From: Candidatus Omnitrophota bacterium
GTDB taxonomy: Bacteria > Omnitrophota > Gorgyraeia > Duberdicusellales > Duberdicusellaceae
Reading direction: 5' to 3'
DNA: 64,000 nucleotides
Assembly (NCBI GenBank): GCA_016932855.1
Contig: JAFGCB010000025.1
Location: 13,868-77,867, forward strand
A program made the translations under genes and the position numbers. The notes below the pieces were generated by a model. It had not been told where the DNA came from and searched no databases. It saw only the letters and a program-made list of their open reading frames with translations. Every line of letters begins with the position of its first letter. The first letter of the stretch is position 1. Of this stretch, positions 35,524 to 46,662 are shown one piece after another.

Positions 35524-38304
35524 ATGCAATCCCAATACGAACCCAAGAAAACCGAGGAAAAGTGGTATAGTTTCTGGCAGGAGAAGAGTCTGTTCGACGC
35601 TAAGATAAACCCCAAGAAAAAACCTTACTGCATAGTTATACCTCCTCCTAACATCACCGGAATCTTGCATATGGGCCATGCTTTAAATAACACTATCCAG
35701 GACGTACTTATACGCTATAAGAGGATGAAAGGATACGAGTCTTTGTGGATGCCGGGAACAGACCATGCCGGAATCGCCACTCAAAATGTCGTGGAGAGGT
35801 CTTTAGCCCAGGAAGGCCTCAGGAAAGAGGATATCGGCAGAGATAAATTCTTAGAGCGTTTATGGGGCTGGACTGATGAATATGGCTCAACCATAATAAA
35901 TCAGCTTAAGAAATTAGGCACCAGCTGCGACTTTAAAAGAACCCGCTTTACTATGGACGAAGGTTATTCCGAGGCAGTAAAAGAAGTATTTGTCAGGCTT
36001 TACGAGAAAGGCCTTATTTACAAGGGTAATTATATAATAAATTGGTGCCCTAGATGCAAGACTGCCCTGGCTGATGAAGAGGCCCCTCATAAAGAGATCG
36101 ACGGTTGGCTTTATTATATTAAATATCCTGTAAAGGCACAAGGTCGCCCCGTAAAACCGCCTCGCGGCCAGGCGGCAAGCAAAGTCACAAAGTCACCGGT
36201 TCCGGATTATATCGTGGTTGCTACGACCAGGCCGGAGACAATGCTCGGGGATACAGCAGTCGCTATAAACCCTAAAGATAAAAGATATAAATTTTTAAAG
36301 AATTGCGAAGTCACTCTTCCGATAATCGAGAGAAATCTTAAGGTAGTTGAGGATAATATGGTTGAGGTTTCTTTCGGGACAGGTGTGGTTAAGGTTACCC
36401 CGGCTCACGATAAAAATGACTATCTTATGGCGAGGAAGCATGATCTTGAATTTGTGAATATAATGCGGGATGACGCCGTATTAAACGAAAATGCGGCTGA
36501 GTTTGCCGGAATGGACCGCTTCGAAGGACGCCAGGCACTTTTGGAGGTACTTCAAGCCAAGGGACTTTTAGATAAAAAGGAGCCTTATAAGTTGAGCGCC
36601 GGCCATTGCTACAGATGTCATACTATAATTGAGCCCAGGCTTTCAACTCAGTGGTTCGTCCGGATGAAGCCTTTGGCAAAGCCGGCAATAAAGGCAGTCA
36701 GGGATAATAAGGTAAGGTTTTATCCCCAACGCTGGAGAAAAGTTTATCTTAATTGGATGCAGAATATAGAAGATTGGTGTATATCCCGTCAGATATGGTG
36801 GGGGCATAGGCTGCCGGTTTATTACTGTAATAACTGCTTAGGGCAAACCGGCAGTAAATCCCAAATCCCAAAAGGTAATAAGAAAGGGGTTATCGTTTCC
36901 GGGATAAGGCCGGAGAAATGTCCGGAGTGCGGTTCGAAGAAGCTGGTTCAGGAAGAGGATGTTTTGGACACTTGGTTTTCTTCCTGGCTTTGGCCTTTTG
37001 CTACCTTCGGCTGGCCCTTCAATGAGTCACAAAGTCACCCCGTAAAACCGCCTCAGGGCCAGGCGGCAAGTAAAGTCACAAAGTCACAGGATATAAAAAG
37101 GCAGAGAGAAGAGTTTAATTACTTTTATCCTACGGATGTGCTGGTGACTGCGTCGGAGATTCTTTTTTTCTGGGTCGCCAGAATGATTATGGCCGGTCTT
37201 CAGTTTATAGGCAAGGTGCCTTTCAAGGATGTATTAATTCACGGGACCGTAAGGGACATACGGGGGGTAAAGATGTCCAAATCCCTGGGCAATGTAATTG
37301 ACCCTCTTGAAATAATAGATAAATTCGGGGCTGATGCTCTTCGTTTTTCTTTAATGCTTCTGGTTTCCTCCGGGCAGGATGCCTATTTGTCCGAAGAGAA
37401 GTTTCTGGTAGGAAGAAATTTCGCCAATAAACTCTGGAATGCTACACGCTATATTCTTTCCCGCGTACCGCGTACCGCGTGCCGCGTGCCGAGACTAAAT
37501 AGAAAAGATTTAAGTCTGGCTGATAAATGGATACTTAGTGAATTAAATATTCTTATAAAAGAGACAACTTCTAATTTCGAGAAATTCAGGATGGATGAGG
37601 TAGCCAAGTCTATTTACGATTTTTTCTGGCACAAGCTCTGCGATTGGTATATCGAAATAAGCAAGGTAGAAAAAGACAAGAATAAAGAAAATCTGCTTAT
37701 TTTTGTTCTGGATACGGTTCTGCGGCTTTTGCATCCGGTAATGCCGTTTATCACTGAGGAAGTTTGGCAGAAAATAAACTCCTCTAAAAAACAGGGAAGT
37801 CTAATGGTATCGGAGTGGCCGGCCGGGCTAAAAATAAAGGCGCTTAAGTCGGAAATAGACAGCTTTTTAGCGCTTAAGGAGCTTATTATTTCCCTAAGGT
37901 CTTTTAAGAAAGATTTGGGCCTTTACGAGCGCATAGAGATGATGGTAGGTTCAGGGGATAAGAGACGCTCGCGCGTCTTAAAGGACAATCTAGAGTGGGT
38001 GTCATTTCTTGCCCGGGCAAATATCGTTATAGGAAAAACTTCCTGTAAAGAATCTATTTCAACCGCAAATAAGGACTTTGATATTTCCCTGTCCCGTGAA
38101 TTTATAAAAGATGCGGATATTCACAAGAGGAAGATTGAGAAGAAAATAGAAGAGCTGTCAGGAGTAATCACCTCTCAGAAGAATAAGCTTTCTAATTCAT
38201 CATTCGTAAAAAAGGCACCCCAGGAAGTTGTAAGCGGGGTTAGAGAGAAAGTTAAGGTTTGTTTAGACGAAAGAGAAAGGCTTAAGAGGATACGATGGTC
38301 ATAA
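35524..38304 (+). CDS. valS: Valyl-tRNA synthetase, carrying in-frame repeat insertions
   Basis: HIGH-type PPPNITGILHMGH, KMSKS, editing domain and C-terminal coiled coil. Start set at MQSQYEPKK by comparison with the canonical ValS N-terminus. Confidence 0.95.
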   Translation: MQSQYEPKKTEEKWYSFWQEKSLFDAKINPKKKPYCIVIPPPNITGILHMGHALNNTIQDVLIRYKRMKGYESLWMPGTDHAGIATQNVVERSLAQEGLRKEDIGRDKFLERLWGWTDEYGSTIINQLKKLGTSCDFKRTRFTMDEGYSEAVKEVFVRLYEKGLIYKGNYIINWCPRCKTALADEEAPHKEIDGWLYYIKYPVKAQGRPVKPPRGQAASKVTKSPVPDYIVVATTRPETMLGDTAVAINPKDKRYKFLKNCEVTLPIIERNLKVVEDNMVEVSFGTGVVKVTPAHDKNDYLMARKHDLEFVNIMRDDAVLNENAAEFAGMDRFEGRQALLEVLQAKGLLDKKEPYKLSAGHCYRCHTIIEPRLSTQWFVRMKPLAKPAIKAVRDNKVRFYPQRWRKVYLNWMQNIEDWCISRQIWWGHRLPVYYCNNCLGQTGSKSQIPKGNKKGVIVSGIRPEKCPECGSKKLVQEEDVLDTWFSSWLWPFATFGWPFNESQSHPVKPPQGQAASKVTKSQDIKRQREEFNYFYPTDVLVTASEILFFWVARMIMAGLQFIGKVPFKDVLIHGTVRDIRGVKMSKSLGNVIDPLEIIDKFGADALRFSLMLLVSSGQDAYLSEEKFLVGRNFANKLWNATRYILSRVPRTACRVPRLNRKDLSLADKWILSELNILIKETTSNFEKFRMDEVAKSIYDFFWHKLCDWYIEISKVEKDKNKENLLIFVLDTVLRLLHPVMPFITEEVWQKINSSKKQGSLMVSEWPAGLKIKALKSEIDSFLALKELIISLRSFKKDLGLYERIEMMVGSGDKRRSRVLKDNLEWVSFLARANIVIGKTSCKESISTANKDFDISLSREFIKDADIHKRKIEKKIEELSGVITSQKNKLSNSSFVKKAPQEVVSGVREKVKVCLDERERLKRIRWS
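36141..36197 (+). repeat. In-frame palindromic repeat copy A inside valS (encodes RPVKPPRGQAASKVTKSP)
   Basis: Differs from copy B (37024-37088) at roughly 5 of 55 positions. Internal hairpin ccgcct..aggcgg. Ends with aaagtcacaaagtcacc. Confidence 0.55.
37024..37088 (+). repeat. In-frame palindromic repeat copy B inside valS (encodes SHPVKPPQGQAASKVTKSQ), flanked by direct agtcacaaagtcac repeats
   Basis: Same 55-nt core as copy A. Shares gtcaccc and ccgtaaaac with the intergenic element at 8088-8117. Confidence 0.55.
37461..37491 (+). repeat. Coding tandem heptamer repeat (ccgcgtr x4) within valS
   Basis: ccgcgta ccgcgta ccgcgtg ccgcgtg, encoding SRVPRTACRVPRL in a loop that is variable in ValS. 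Confidence 0.6.
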
Positions 38305-39167
38305 ATCGCGAAGTAAAGCAAATAATACAAAGGGCTATCGAGGAAGATTTGGGAAAAAGAGATATCACCACGTTTTACCTGGTAGATCCGGCAATTAAAA
38401 TAAAAGCGAAAATAATTGCCAAGGAAGATCTCGTTTTGTGCGGCTTAGACGTATGCCGTCAGACCTTTAAGCAGGTGGACAACGGCGTAAAATTCAGGAC
38501 CGTCAGGAAAGAAGGTTCGCTGGTGAAGAAGGGCCAAGTCCTGGCAGCTTTAGAAGGCAGAGCCTTTTCTATAATAAAGGCCGAAAGGGTGGCTTTGAAT
38601 TTTCTGATGCATTTAAGCGGCATTGCATCTAAGACAAGGAAGTTTGTGAATATAGCCGCAAAGTACAAGGTTAAGGTATTGGATACCAGGAAGACAATCC
38701 CCATGCTCCGCGTTCTTCAGAAGTCCGCGGTAAAAGCCGCAGGAGGTTTTAACCATCGTAAGGGTCTTTGGGACGAGGTTATAATCAAAGAGAACCATCT
38801 TAAAGCCTGCGGAATAAACATTCATGACAATCGATTCGAAGAAAGCTTAAGGAATATTATTAAGAATATTAAAAAAGCCACGGCAAAGAGGGTGGAGGTG
38901 GAAGTCGAAACATTTCAAGAATTTAAAGTTGCCTGCCGCTGCCGGCCGGACGTAATACTCCTTGATAATTTTACTCCCAAGAAAGCGCGAAAGGCAGTGC
39001 AGTTGAGAAACAAATATTTTCCCGGAATAAAGCTTGAGGCTTCGGGAGGTATTAATCTTGGCAATATAGAAAAATTCGCAAAGACAAGAGTAGATTATAT
39101 TTCCATAGGAAGCCTTACCCATTCGGTTCAAACCAAAGATATGTCGCTGGAAATAGCGCGGGCTTAA
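38295..39167 (+). CDS. nadC: Nicotinate-nucleotide pyrophosphorylase (quinolinate phosphoribosyltransferase)
   Basis: N-terminus IQRAIEEDLGKRDITT, 290 aa, C-terminal LEASGGINL. Confidence 0.85.
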   Translation: MVINREVKQIIQRAIEEDLGKRDITTFYLVDPAIKIKAKIIAKEDLVLCGLDVCRQTFKQVDNGVKFRTVRKEGSLVKKGQVLAALEGRAFSIIKAERVALNFLMHLSGIASKTRKFVNIAAKYKVKVLDTRKTIPMLRVLQKSAVKAAGGFNHRKGLWDEVIIKENHLKACGINIHDNRFEESLRNIIKNIKKATAKRVEVEVETFQEFKVACRCRPDVILLDNFTPKKARKAVQLRNKYFPGIKLEASGGINLGNIEKFAKTRVDYISIGSLTHSVQTKDMSLEIARA

Positions 39168-39244
39168 CCGGTTTTCGGCTGTCGGCTAACGGTTTTCGTT
39201 TTATTGTTGCGGCAACCGGTAAGCCTTAAGTCGTTAACCCCAAT

Positions 39245-41230
39245 ATGGCAGATAAATTTAAATTAGTCACGAGCTTAAAGCCCAAAGGTGATCAGCCTCA
39301 AGCAATAAGCAAGCTAGCCGAAGGCGCAAGTTCCGGGGAGAAGTTTCAGACTCTTTTAGGCGTAACCGGTTCGGGAAAAACTTTCAGTTTAGCCTGTGTT
39401 ATTGAAAAGATAAACCGCCCCACCTTAGTTATTTCGCATAACAAGACCTTAGCCGCCCAGTTATATGCTGAATTTAAGGATTTTTTCCCGAAAAACGCTA
39501 TAGAATATTTTGTAAGCTACTACGATTACTATCAACCGGAAGCCTACATACCGGCTACTGATACCTATATCGAGAAAGACGCTTCCATTAATGAAAGAAT
39601 TGACCGCTTGCGTCTTTCCGCCTCGAGTTCCTTAATGGCAAGACGCGACGTACTGGTCGTAGCTTCGGTTTCCTGCATATATAACTTAGGCTCCCCGGAT
39701 GACTACAAGCAGCTTGTTTTATCTCTTCAACGAGGCCAGGTTCTTTATCGGGATTCTCTTTTGCGGCGTTTGGTGACTCTTCAGTATTCAAGAGCAGATT
39801 TCGAATTTAAAAGAGGCCTTTTCCGTTGTCGAGGCGATATCGTTGATATTTACCCCACCTATAAAGAAACAGCCTTTAGGCTTGAATTCTTTGATGATAC
39901 TCTTGAGGAGATTTCCGAAATAGACCCTATTACATCAAAGAAGATTTTAAGTCTTGATAAGTTGGCTCTTTATCCGGCAAAGCATTTCCTGGTCTCTCAG
40001 GACAGGATAGACCAGGCCCTAAAGACTATTGAGTGGGAGCTCGAGGACAGACTGGGATTTCTCAACAAGCAGAATAAGCTTCTTGAAGCAGAGCGTCTTA
40101 AAAGAAAAACCCGTTATGACATGGAGATGTTGAGAGAATGCGGTTGGTGCCATGGTATTGAGAATTATTCCCGCCATATTTCACAGAGACAGCCGGGCTC
40201 GCGGCCTTACTGTCTCTTGGATTATTTTCCCAGAGATTTCCTGATGATTATTGATGAGTCGCACGCAACCGTCCCTCAGATACGCGGTATGTATAACGGG
40301 GACAGGGCCCGCAAGGAAGTCTTGGTTGAGTTCGGGTTTCGGCTGCCTTCCTGTTTGGATAACCGGCCTTTACGATTCGATGAATTCAAGGGACTTATGA
40401 ATCAGGTTGTTTTTGTATCGGCTACGCCTTCGGAGTATGAAATAAAACTTTCCGGCGGCAAGGTGGTTGAACAGATAATAAGGCCGACCGGCCTTCTTGA
40501 TCCGCAGATAGAGATAAGAACAACCGCTAATCAGATTGACAATTTAATTAAAGAGATAACCCGGCGGGCGAAAAAAAGCCAAAGGACGCTGGTAACCACT
40601 TTGACTAAACGAATGGCTGAGGATTTAACTTTTTATTTAAAGGACGAAGGCATAAGAGTTACCTATCTGCATTCAGATATCGATACAATAGAAAGAGCCA
40701 AGATCCTCACAGATTTAAGAAAGAAAGAATTTGATTGTTTAGTGGGCATTAATCTTCTGCGAGAAGGTTTGGACTTGCCTGAAGTGTCCTTGGTGGCAAT
40801 ACTTGATGCCGATAAGGAGGGTTTTCTGCGGTCCCGTACGTCGCTTATTCAGGTCGTTGGCCGGGCCGCCCGAAACCTGGAAGGCAGGGTAATCATGTAT
40901 GCCGACAGGGTTACCGAGTCTATGCGCATAACCATAGATGAAAGCGCAAGGCGCAGAAAAATTCAAAATGAATACAATAAAAAGTATAAGATTACACCCA
41001 GAACAATAAATAAAGCTATCCGGCAAGGTATAGAAGCTTATTTTAAGGCCGAGGAAATCGTTCAGGATGTCCTGGGGGAAGGAAAGGAAGGCTTCGATTT
41101 ACGCAAACTTATCGACGAACTAAGAAAGCAGATGCTTATTGAGGCCAAAAATCTGCATTTTGAAAAAGCCGCCCAGCTTCGTGATAAGATTTCGCAGCTT
41201 GAGCAATATTTGAAAACTAAAATTAAATGA
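39245..41230 (+). CDS. uvrB: Excinuclease ABC subunit B
   Basis: GVTGSGKT Walker A, beta-hairpin region, C-terminal UVR domain (EKAAQLRDKISQLE). Confidence 0.95.
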   Translation: MADKFKLVTSLKPKGDQPQAISKLAEGASSGEKFQTLLGVTGSGKTFSLACVIEKINRPTLVISHNKTLAAQLYAEFKDFFPKNAIEYFVSYYDYYQPEAYIPATDTYIEKDASINERIDRLRLSASSSLMARRDVLVVASVSCIYNLGSPDDYKQLVLSLQRGQVLYRDSLLRRLVTLQYSRADFEFKRGLFRCRGDIVDIYPTYKETAFRLEFFDDTLEEISEIDPITSKKILSLDKLALYPAKHFLVSQDRIDQALKTIEWELEDRLGFLNKQNKLLEAERLKRKTRYDMEMLRECGWCHGIENYSRHISQRQPGSRPYCLLDYFPRDFLMIIDESHATVPQIRGMYNGDRARKEVLVEFGFRLPSCLDNRPLRFDEFKGLMNQVVFVSATPSEYEIKLSGGKVVEQIIRPTGLLDPQIEIRTTANQIDNLIKEITRRAKKSQRTLVTTLTKRMAEDLTFYLKDEGIRVTYLHSDIDTIERAKILTDLRKKEFDCLVGINLLREGLDLPEVSLVAILDADKEGFLRSRTSLIQVVGRAARNLEGRVIMYADRVTESMRITIDESARRRKIQNEYNKKYKITPRTINKAIRQGIEAYFKAEEIVQDVLGEGKEGFDLRKLIDELRKQMLIEAKNLHFEKAAQLRDKISQLEQYLKTKIK

Positions 41231-41292
41231 TTTATAATTATCGTTTAAGGCCAATTAAGCGCGGGGCGGTGGCCTGAACTTTGAATTTAGCC

Positions 41293-42027
41293 ATGAAATG
41301 TTTATTAATTGATATCGGAAATACCAATGTTAGTCTTGGGTCGACAATAAAAGGCGAATTATTTCGAGCGGAACGAGTGCCGTCCAAGAATATCCTGAAA
41401 AGTTTAAAAGGGTTTATTAAGAAAGAGAAGCCCGGCGCAGCCGTTATCTGTTCGGTAGTGCCGCCTCTTTCCAAAAAAATAAGAAAGTTATTAAAACAAA
41501 AAAGAATAAAACTTTACGAGTGCGGCAGAGAAATTCAGATACCCGTAAAGAATCTTTATAAAATACCCAAAGAAGTCGGGCAGGACAGGCTTATTAATGT
41601 CTATGCCGTAAATCATCTTTACAAGAACGTAAGGCTGGTGATTGATTTAGGCACGGCTCTTACCTTTGATTTTATCTCCAAAGACGGAGAGTATTTAGGG
41701 GGCCTTATTTTTCCGGGATTAAGAGTTTCCTTGGCGGGTCTGCTTAAAGACTGCGCTCTTCTTCCCAAGAAGGTTATTTTGAAGCGTCGCCATACTTTAT
41801 ACGGCCGTTCAACTTCGGAATGCATTACCTCAGGTATGGTTTTAGGCTACAGTTTCTTAATCCGCGGCCTGGCTGAACATTTAAGAAAGAAGAAACGGTC
41901 CTTTAAGATCCTTATCACTGGTGGAGATTGCCGCCTGATTCGCAATGATATTGCCAGGTTTGATTATGTCCAGCCCAATCTTTCCTTAAAAGGCCTGGGT
42001 ATTTTGTGGAAAAACTTGGCAAAATAA
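41293..42027 (+). CDS. coaX: Type III pantothenate kinase
   Basis: LLIDIGNTNV N-terminus. Internal ATG chosen by comparison with CoaX. Confidence 0.8.
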   Translation: MKCLLIDIGNTNVSLGSTIKGELFRAERVPSKNILKSLKGFIKKEKPGAAVICSVVPPLSKKIRKLLKQKRIKLYECGREIQIPVKNLYKIPKEVGQDRLINVYAVNHLYKNVRLVIDLGTALTFDFISKDGEYLGGLIFPGLRVSLAGLLKDCALLPKKVILKRRHTLYGRSTSECITSGMVLGYSFLIRGLAEHLRKKKRSFKILITGGDCRLIRNDIARFDYVQPNLSLKGLGILWKNLAK

Positions 42028-42141
42028 GTATTTTAGCCGCGAAATAATGTAAAATCTGCATAATCCTGCCTAATAAGGCCATAATTATCCGAAATTAACC
42101 AAAATTTACACTTGATTTTATATTTTTTTTGGGTAGAATAG

Positions 42142-42168
42142 TTAGCACTCAAAGCTCAAGAGTGCTAA
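42142..42168 (+). promoter_or_regulatory. CIRCE operator (HrcA binding site) upstream of groES
   Basis: TTAGCACTC-N9-GAGTGCTAA is a perfect match to the CIRCE consensus. A TAGAAT -10 lies immediately upstream. Confidence 0.85.
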
Positions 42169-42266
42169 GATAAATTATTTGATTATCGGGTAAGAAGCAA
42201 CGATGAAGCGATTTACCTGTTCATTATAAACTTGTTTAAATTAAACTTTTATCTAGGAGGTGAAAG

Positions 42267-42554
42267 ATGAATATCCAACCATTAGGAGACCGAGTTTTGG
42301 TCAAGCCGTTAGAGGCGGAGGAGAGAACAAAGGGAGGTATTGTAATACCTGATACAGCCAAGGAGAAGCCCCAGGAGGCAAAAGTAGTCGCGGTGGGCAA
42401 GGGTCGCCGGGACGGCGACAAGGTATTGCCGTTAGAAGTTAAAGTCGGTGATAAAGTTTTATACGGAAAGTATTCGGGGACCGAAATCAGAGATAAAGAG
42501 GGCGAAGATTATCTAATCTTACGCGAAGAAGATATTTTAGCCATCGTAAAATAA
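42267..42554 (+). CDS. groES: Co-chaperonin GroES
   Basis: [14 protein letters not shown]...[13 protein letters not shown], 95 aa. Confidence 0.95.
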   Translation: MNIQPLGDRVLVKPLEAEERTKGGIVIPDTAKEKPQEAKVVAVGKGRRDGDKVLPLEVKVGDKVLYGKYSGTEIRDKEGEDYLILREEDILAIVK

Positions 42555-42560
42555 CAAGGA

Positions 42561-44274
<1,714 letters not shown>

Positions 44275-44286
44275 GAAAGTATATAA

Positions 44287-44317
44287 CTTTAAAAAAGCCC
44301 TCTAGATTTGTCTAGAG
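44287..44317 (+). terminator. Rho-independent terminator after groEL
   Basis: gccctctaga tttg tctagagggc followed by tttttt. A-run upstream, so possibly bidirectional. Confidence 0.8.
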
Positions 44318-44442
44318 GGCTTTTTTATTACCGCGGCTTTTCCGCCTTTTTTCATTGAAAAAATCTATATTTATGCTAAAGTAAGTTTTAATTTAATGTA
44401 ACTTCCTAAGTCAAAAGACCGTTTCTAATTAACCCGTCAGAC

Positions 44443-45300
44443 ATGAATGCAGGGCAAAGCCTTATAACAAATCTTTTAACCTTAGTCTTGGTAGTCGTAG
44501 TAATTTTCTTTGTTGTCGGTGTCAATCTTTCTTTTGAAGGTAAGCCCTGGTTTTTAAAAGACACTCAAGCTGTCGTAATGCAGGATATTTTGGCGGAAGA
44601 GGATAAGTCTGTGGTTGAGAACGAGCCCGAAGAAACTCTGCCTTTTTACCCCGGCGAGAGGCTTACCTACGGGGTAAAGCTTAAAGAGATGCGCATAGGA
44701 AGTGCCGTGCTTACTTTTTTGGGAGAGACAGATCTTGACGGCCGTCCGGCATATTTTATTACTTTCGATACTTTCACTCCTTATTTTAGAGATTCAGAAA
44801 AAATTTATGCTTCCAAAGAAAATTTTCTGCCTTTGAGAGTATCGCGTGAGATTAAACGCAAGGTGGGCTTTAGCACCGAGATTGATGAAGAATATGACCA
44901 AAAAGAGTATAAAGTCAAAATAAGAAAAAAAGGTATACTGGGGACAAAAACCTTTACTATTGATAAATCGTCAGAGATTCATAACGCAATTACAGTAAGC
45001 TATTATTACCGGACCGGCCAAGGTTTTAAAGAAAACCAGAAGTTTTCAATAAATCTGCCGACTAAAGAACTTGAATTGGTGTTTAAGGGAAAGGAAAAAG
45101 TTTCAACTCATTTCGGTCAATGCCGCGCCTACATATTTGAAGGAAACCCTTCGTCGTTTAAGCTCTGGCTTAAAGATGATAAAAATAGAACTCCCTTAAG
45201 AATAGAAGATTCCAATGTTTTCGGATATTCTTTGGTGCTGGAGTCAGTGGAGCAGTTGGAGATTGACGATGTAGGGTCGGGGATTGAGGAAGACCGATAA
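44443..45300 (+). CDS. Hypothetical membrane-anchored protein
   Basis: N-terminal TM segment, otherwise beta-rich. No recognisable motif. Confidence 0.4.
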   Translation: MNAGQSLITNLLTLVLVVVVIFFVVGVNLSFEGKPWFLKDTQAVVMQDILAEEDKSVVENEPEETLPFYPGERLTYGVKLKEMRIGSAVLTFLGETDLDGRPAYFITFDTFTPYFRDSEKIYASKENFLPLRVSREIKRKVGFSTEIDEEYDQKEYKVKIRKKGILGTKTFTIDKSSEIHNAITVSYYYRTGQGFKENQKFSINLPTKELELVFKGKEKVSTHFGQCRAYIFEGNPSSFKLWLKDDKNRTPLRIEDSNVFGYSLVLESVEQLEIDDVGSGIEEDR

Positions 45301-45397
45301 TACAAGGCAGTGTATTTAAGGTTTTTAGCCCCGAATTAGCCGGGGCGAAAGATTAATTCTCCCCGCTGTCGCGGGGGTTATTGAGGAGGTTTTAAAG

Positions 45398-46558
45398 ATG
45401 GCGGAGTGGATAGGTAAAGGCAGACGCGCGCGACGTTGTTATGGATTTGACGAGATAGCTTTAGTTCCCGGGAAAATAACCATAAACCCTGAGGAGGTTG
45501 AGACTTCCTGGCAGTTCGCCGGCAAAAAGTTTGCAGTGCCAATAATCGCAGCGGCAATGGACGGCGTGGTAGATGTCGAGTTTGCAGCGGAAATGTCGCG
45601 GTTAGGGGGGATGGCTATTCTAAATCTGGACGGAGTCCAAACCCGATATGATAATCCCGAGGAAGTGTTAGGGCAAATTATTAAAGCCTCGCCTGAGGAG
45701 GCTACTAACTTGATTCAAAAAATATATACTGCCCCGATAAAAGAGAAGTTGATCTCTAAAAGGATTTCCCAAATTAAAGAAAAAAACGGATTTACCTGTG
45801 TCAGCTGCATTCCCCAGAATGCCCAGAGGTTTGGAGAAATCAGCCAGGAGGCCGGGGTGGATGTTTTTGTTGTTCAATCCACGGTAACCACCAAGACGCA
45901 TATCGCAAAACAATATAAGCCCTTAGACCTTTCAAAATTATGCAGAGAAATGAAAGCCCCGGTAATAATCGGTAATTGCGTAACCTTCGAGGTCACTTTA
46001 GAATTATTGGAGACGGGCTGTGCCGGTGTTTTAATCGGTGTAGGGCCGGGCGCGTCATGTACTACCAGGGGTGTGTTGGGTGTTGGAGTTCCTCAGGTTA
46101 CCGCTACGATTGATTGTTCGGCGGCAAGGGATATTTTTTATAGAAAGACAGGCAAGTACATACCCATTATCACTGACGGCGGCATGCGTACCGGGGGAGA
46201 TGTTTGTAAAGCTTTTGCCTGCGGAGCAGACGCGGTCATGATCGGTTCCAGCCTTGCCAGAGCCAAAGAAGCTCCAGCCAGCGGCTTTCACTGGGGCATG
46301 GCTACTTCGCATTCTAATTTGCCTCGGGGAACAAGAATAAACGTAGGGATTTCCGGTACCCTGGAGCAGATACTTTTTGGTCCAGCCCAGGTCGACGACG
46401 GCTCCCAGAACTTAATGGGAGCTTTAGCCACTTCTATGGGGTGTTTGGGCGTGCGAACGATAAAAGAAATGCATTTTGCCGAAATAATACTTGCTCCTTC
46501 GATACAAACAGAGGGAAAGATATTTCAAGTTGTTCAAAGAGTGGGAATGGGCAAATAA
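45398..46558 (+). CDS. IMP dehydrogenase / GMP reductase family protein lacking the CBS subdomain
   Basis: Catalytic-loop GVGPGASCTTR and 386 aa length. Resembles the CBS-less GuaB-related paralogs. Confidence 0.65.
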   Translation: MAEWIGKGRRARRCYGFDEIALVPGKITINPEEVETSWQFAGKKFAVPIIAAAMDGVVDVEFAAEMSRLGGMAILNLDGVQTRYDNPEEVLGQIIKASPEEATNLIQKIYTAPIKEKLISKRISQIKEKNGFTCVSCIPQNAQRFGEISQEAGVDVFVVQSTVTTKTHIAKQYKPLDLSKLCREMKAPVIIGNCVTFEVTLELLETGCAGVLIGVGPGASCTTRGVLGVGVPQVTATIDCSAARDIFYRKTGKYIPIITDGGMRTGGDVCKAFACGADAVMIGSSLARAKEAPASGFHWGMATSHSNLPRGTRINVGISGTLEQILFGPAQVDDGSQNLMGALATSMGCLGVRTIKEMHFAEIILAPSIQTEGKIFQVVQRVGMGK

Positions 46559-46560
46559 AA

Positions 46561-46618
46561 TCACGGAATTTCTAAACTGCCCTGATCGAAAAAAAAGACA
46601 CTTATTCACGTCACCCCC
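46561..46618. repeat. Short repeat-family copy (cacggaat ... cacgtcaccccc)
   Basis: Termini match the ends of the 7971-8117 element at 8/9 and 9/10 positions, with a different A-rich interior. Confidence 0.4.
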
Positions 46619-46630
46619 TGAATTATCGCA

Positions 46631-46659
46631 TATAACAATATAACAATATAACAATATAT
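46631..46659 (+). repeat. Tandem octamer ataacaat x3 immediately upstream of the dnaE ATG
   Basis: tataacaatataacaatataacaatatat. No SD is visible. Confidence 0.6.
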
Positions 46660-46662
46660 TCG

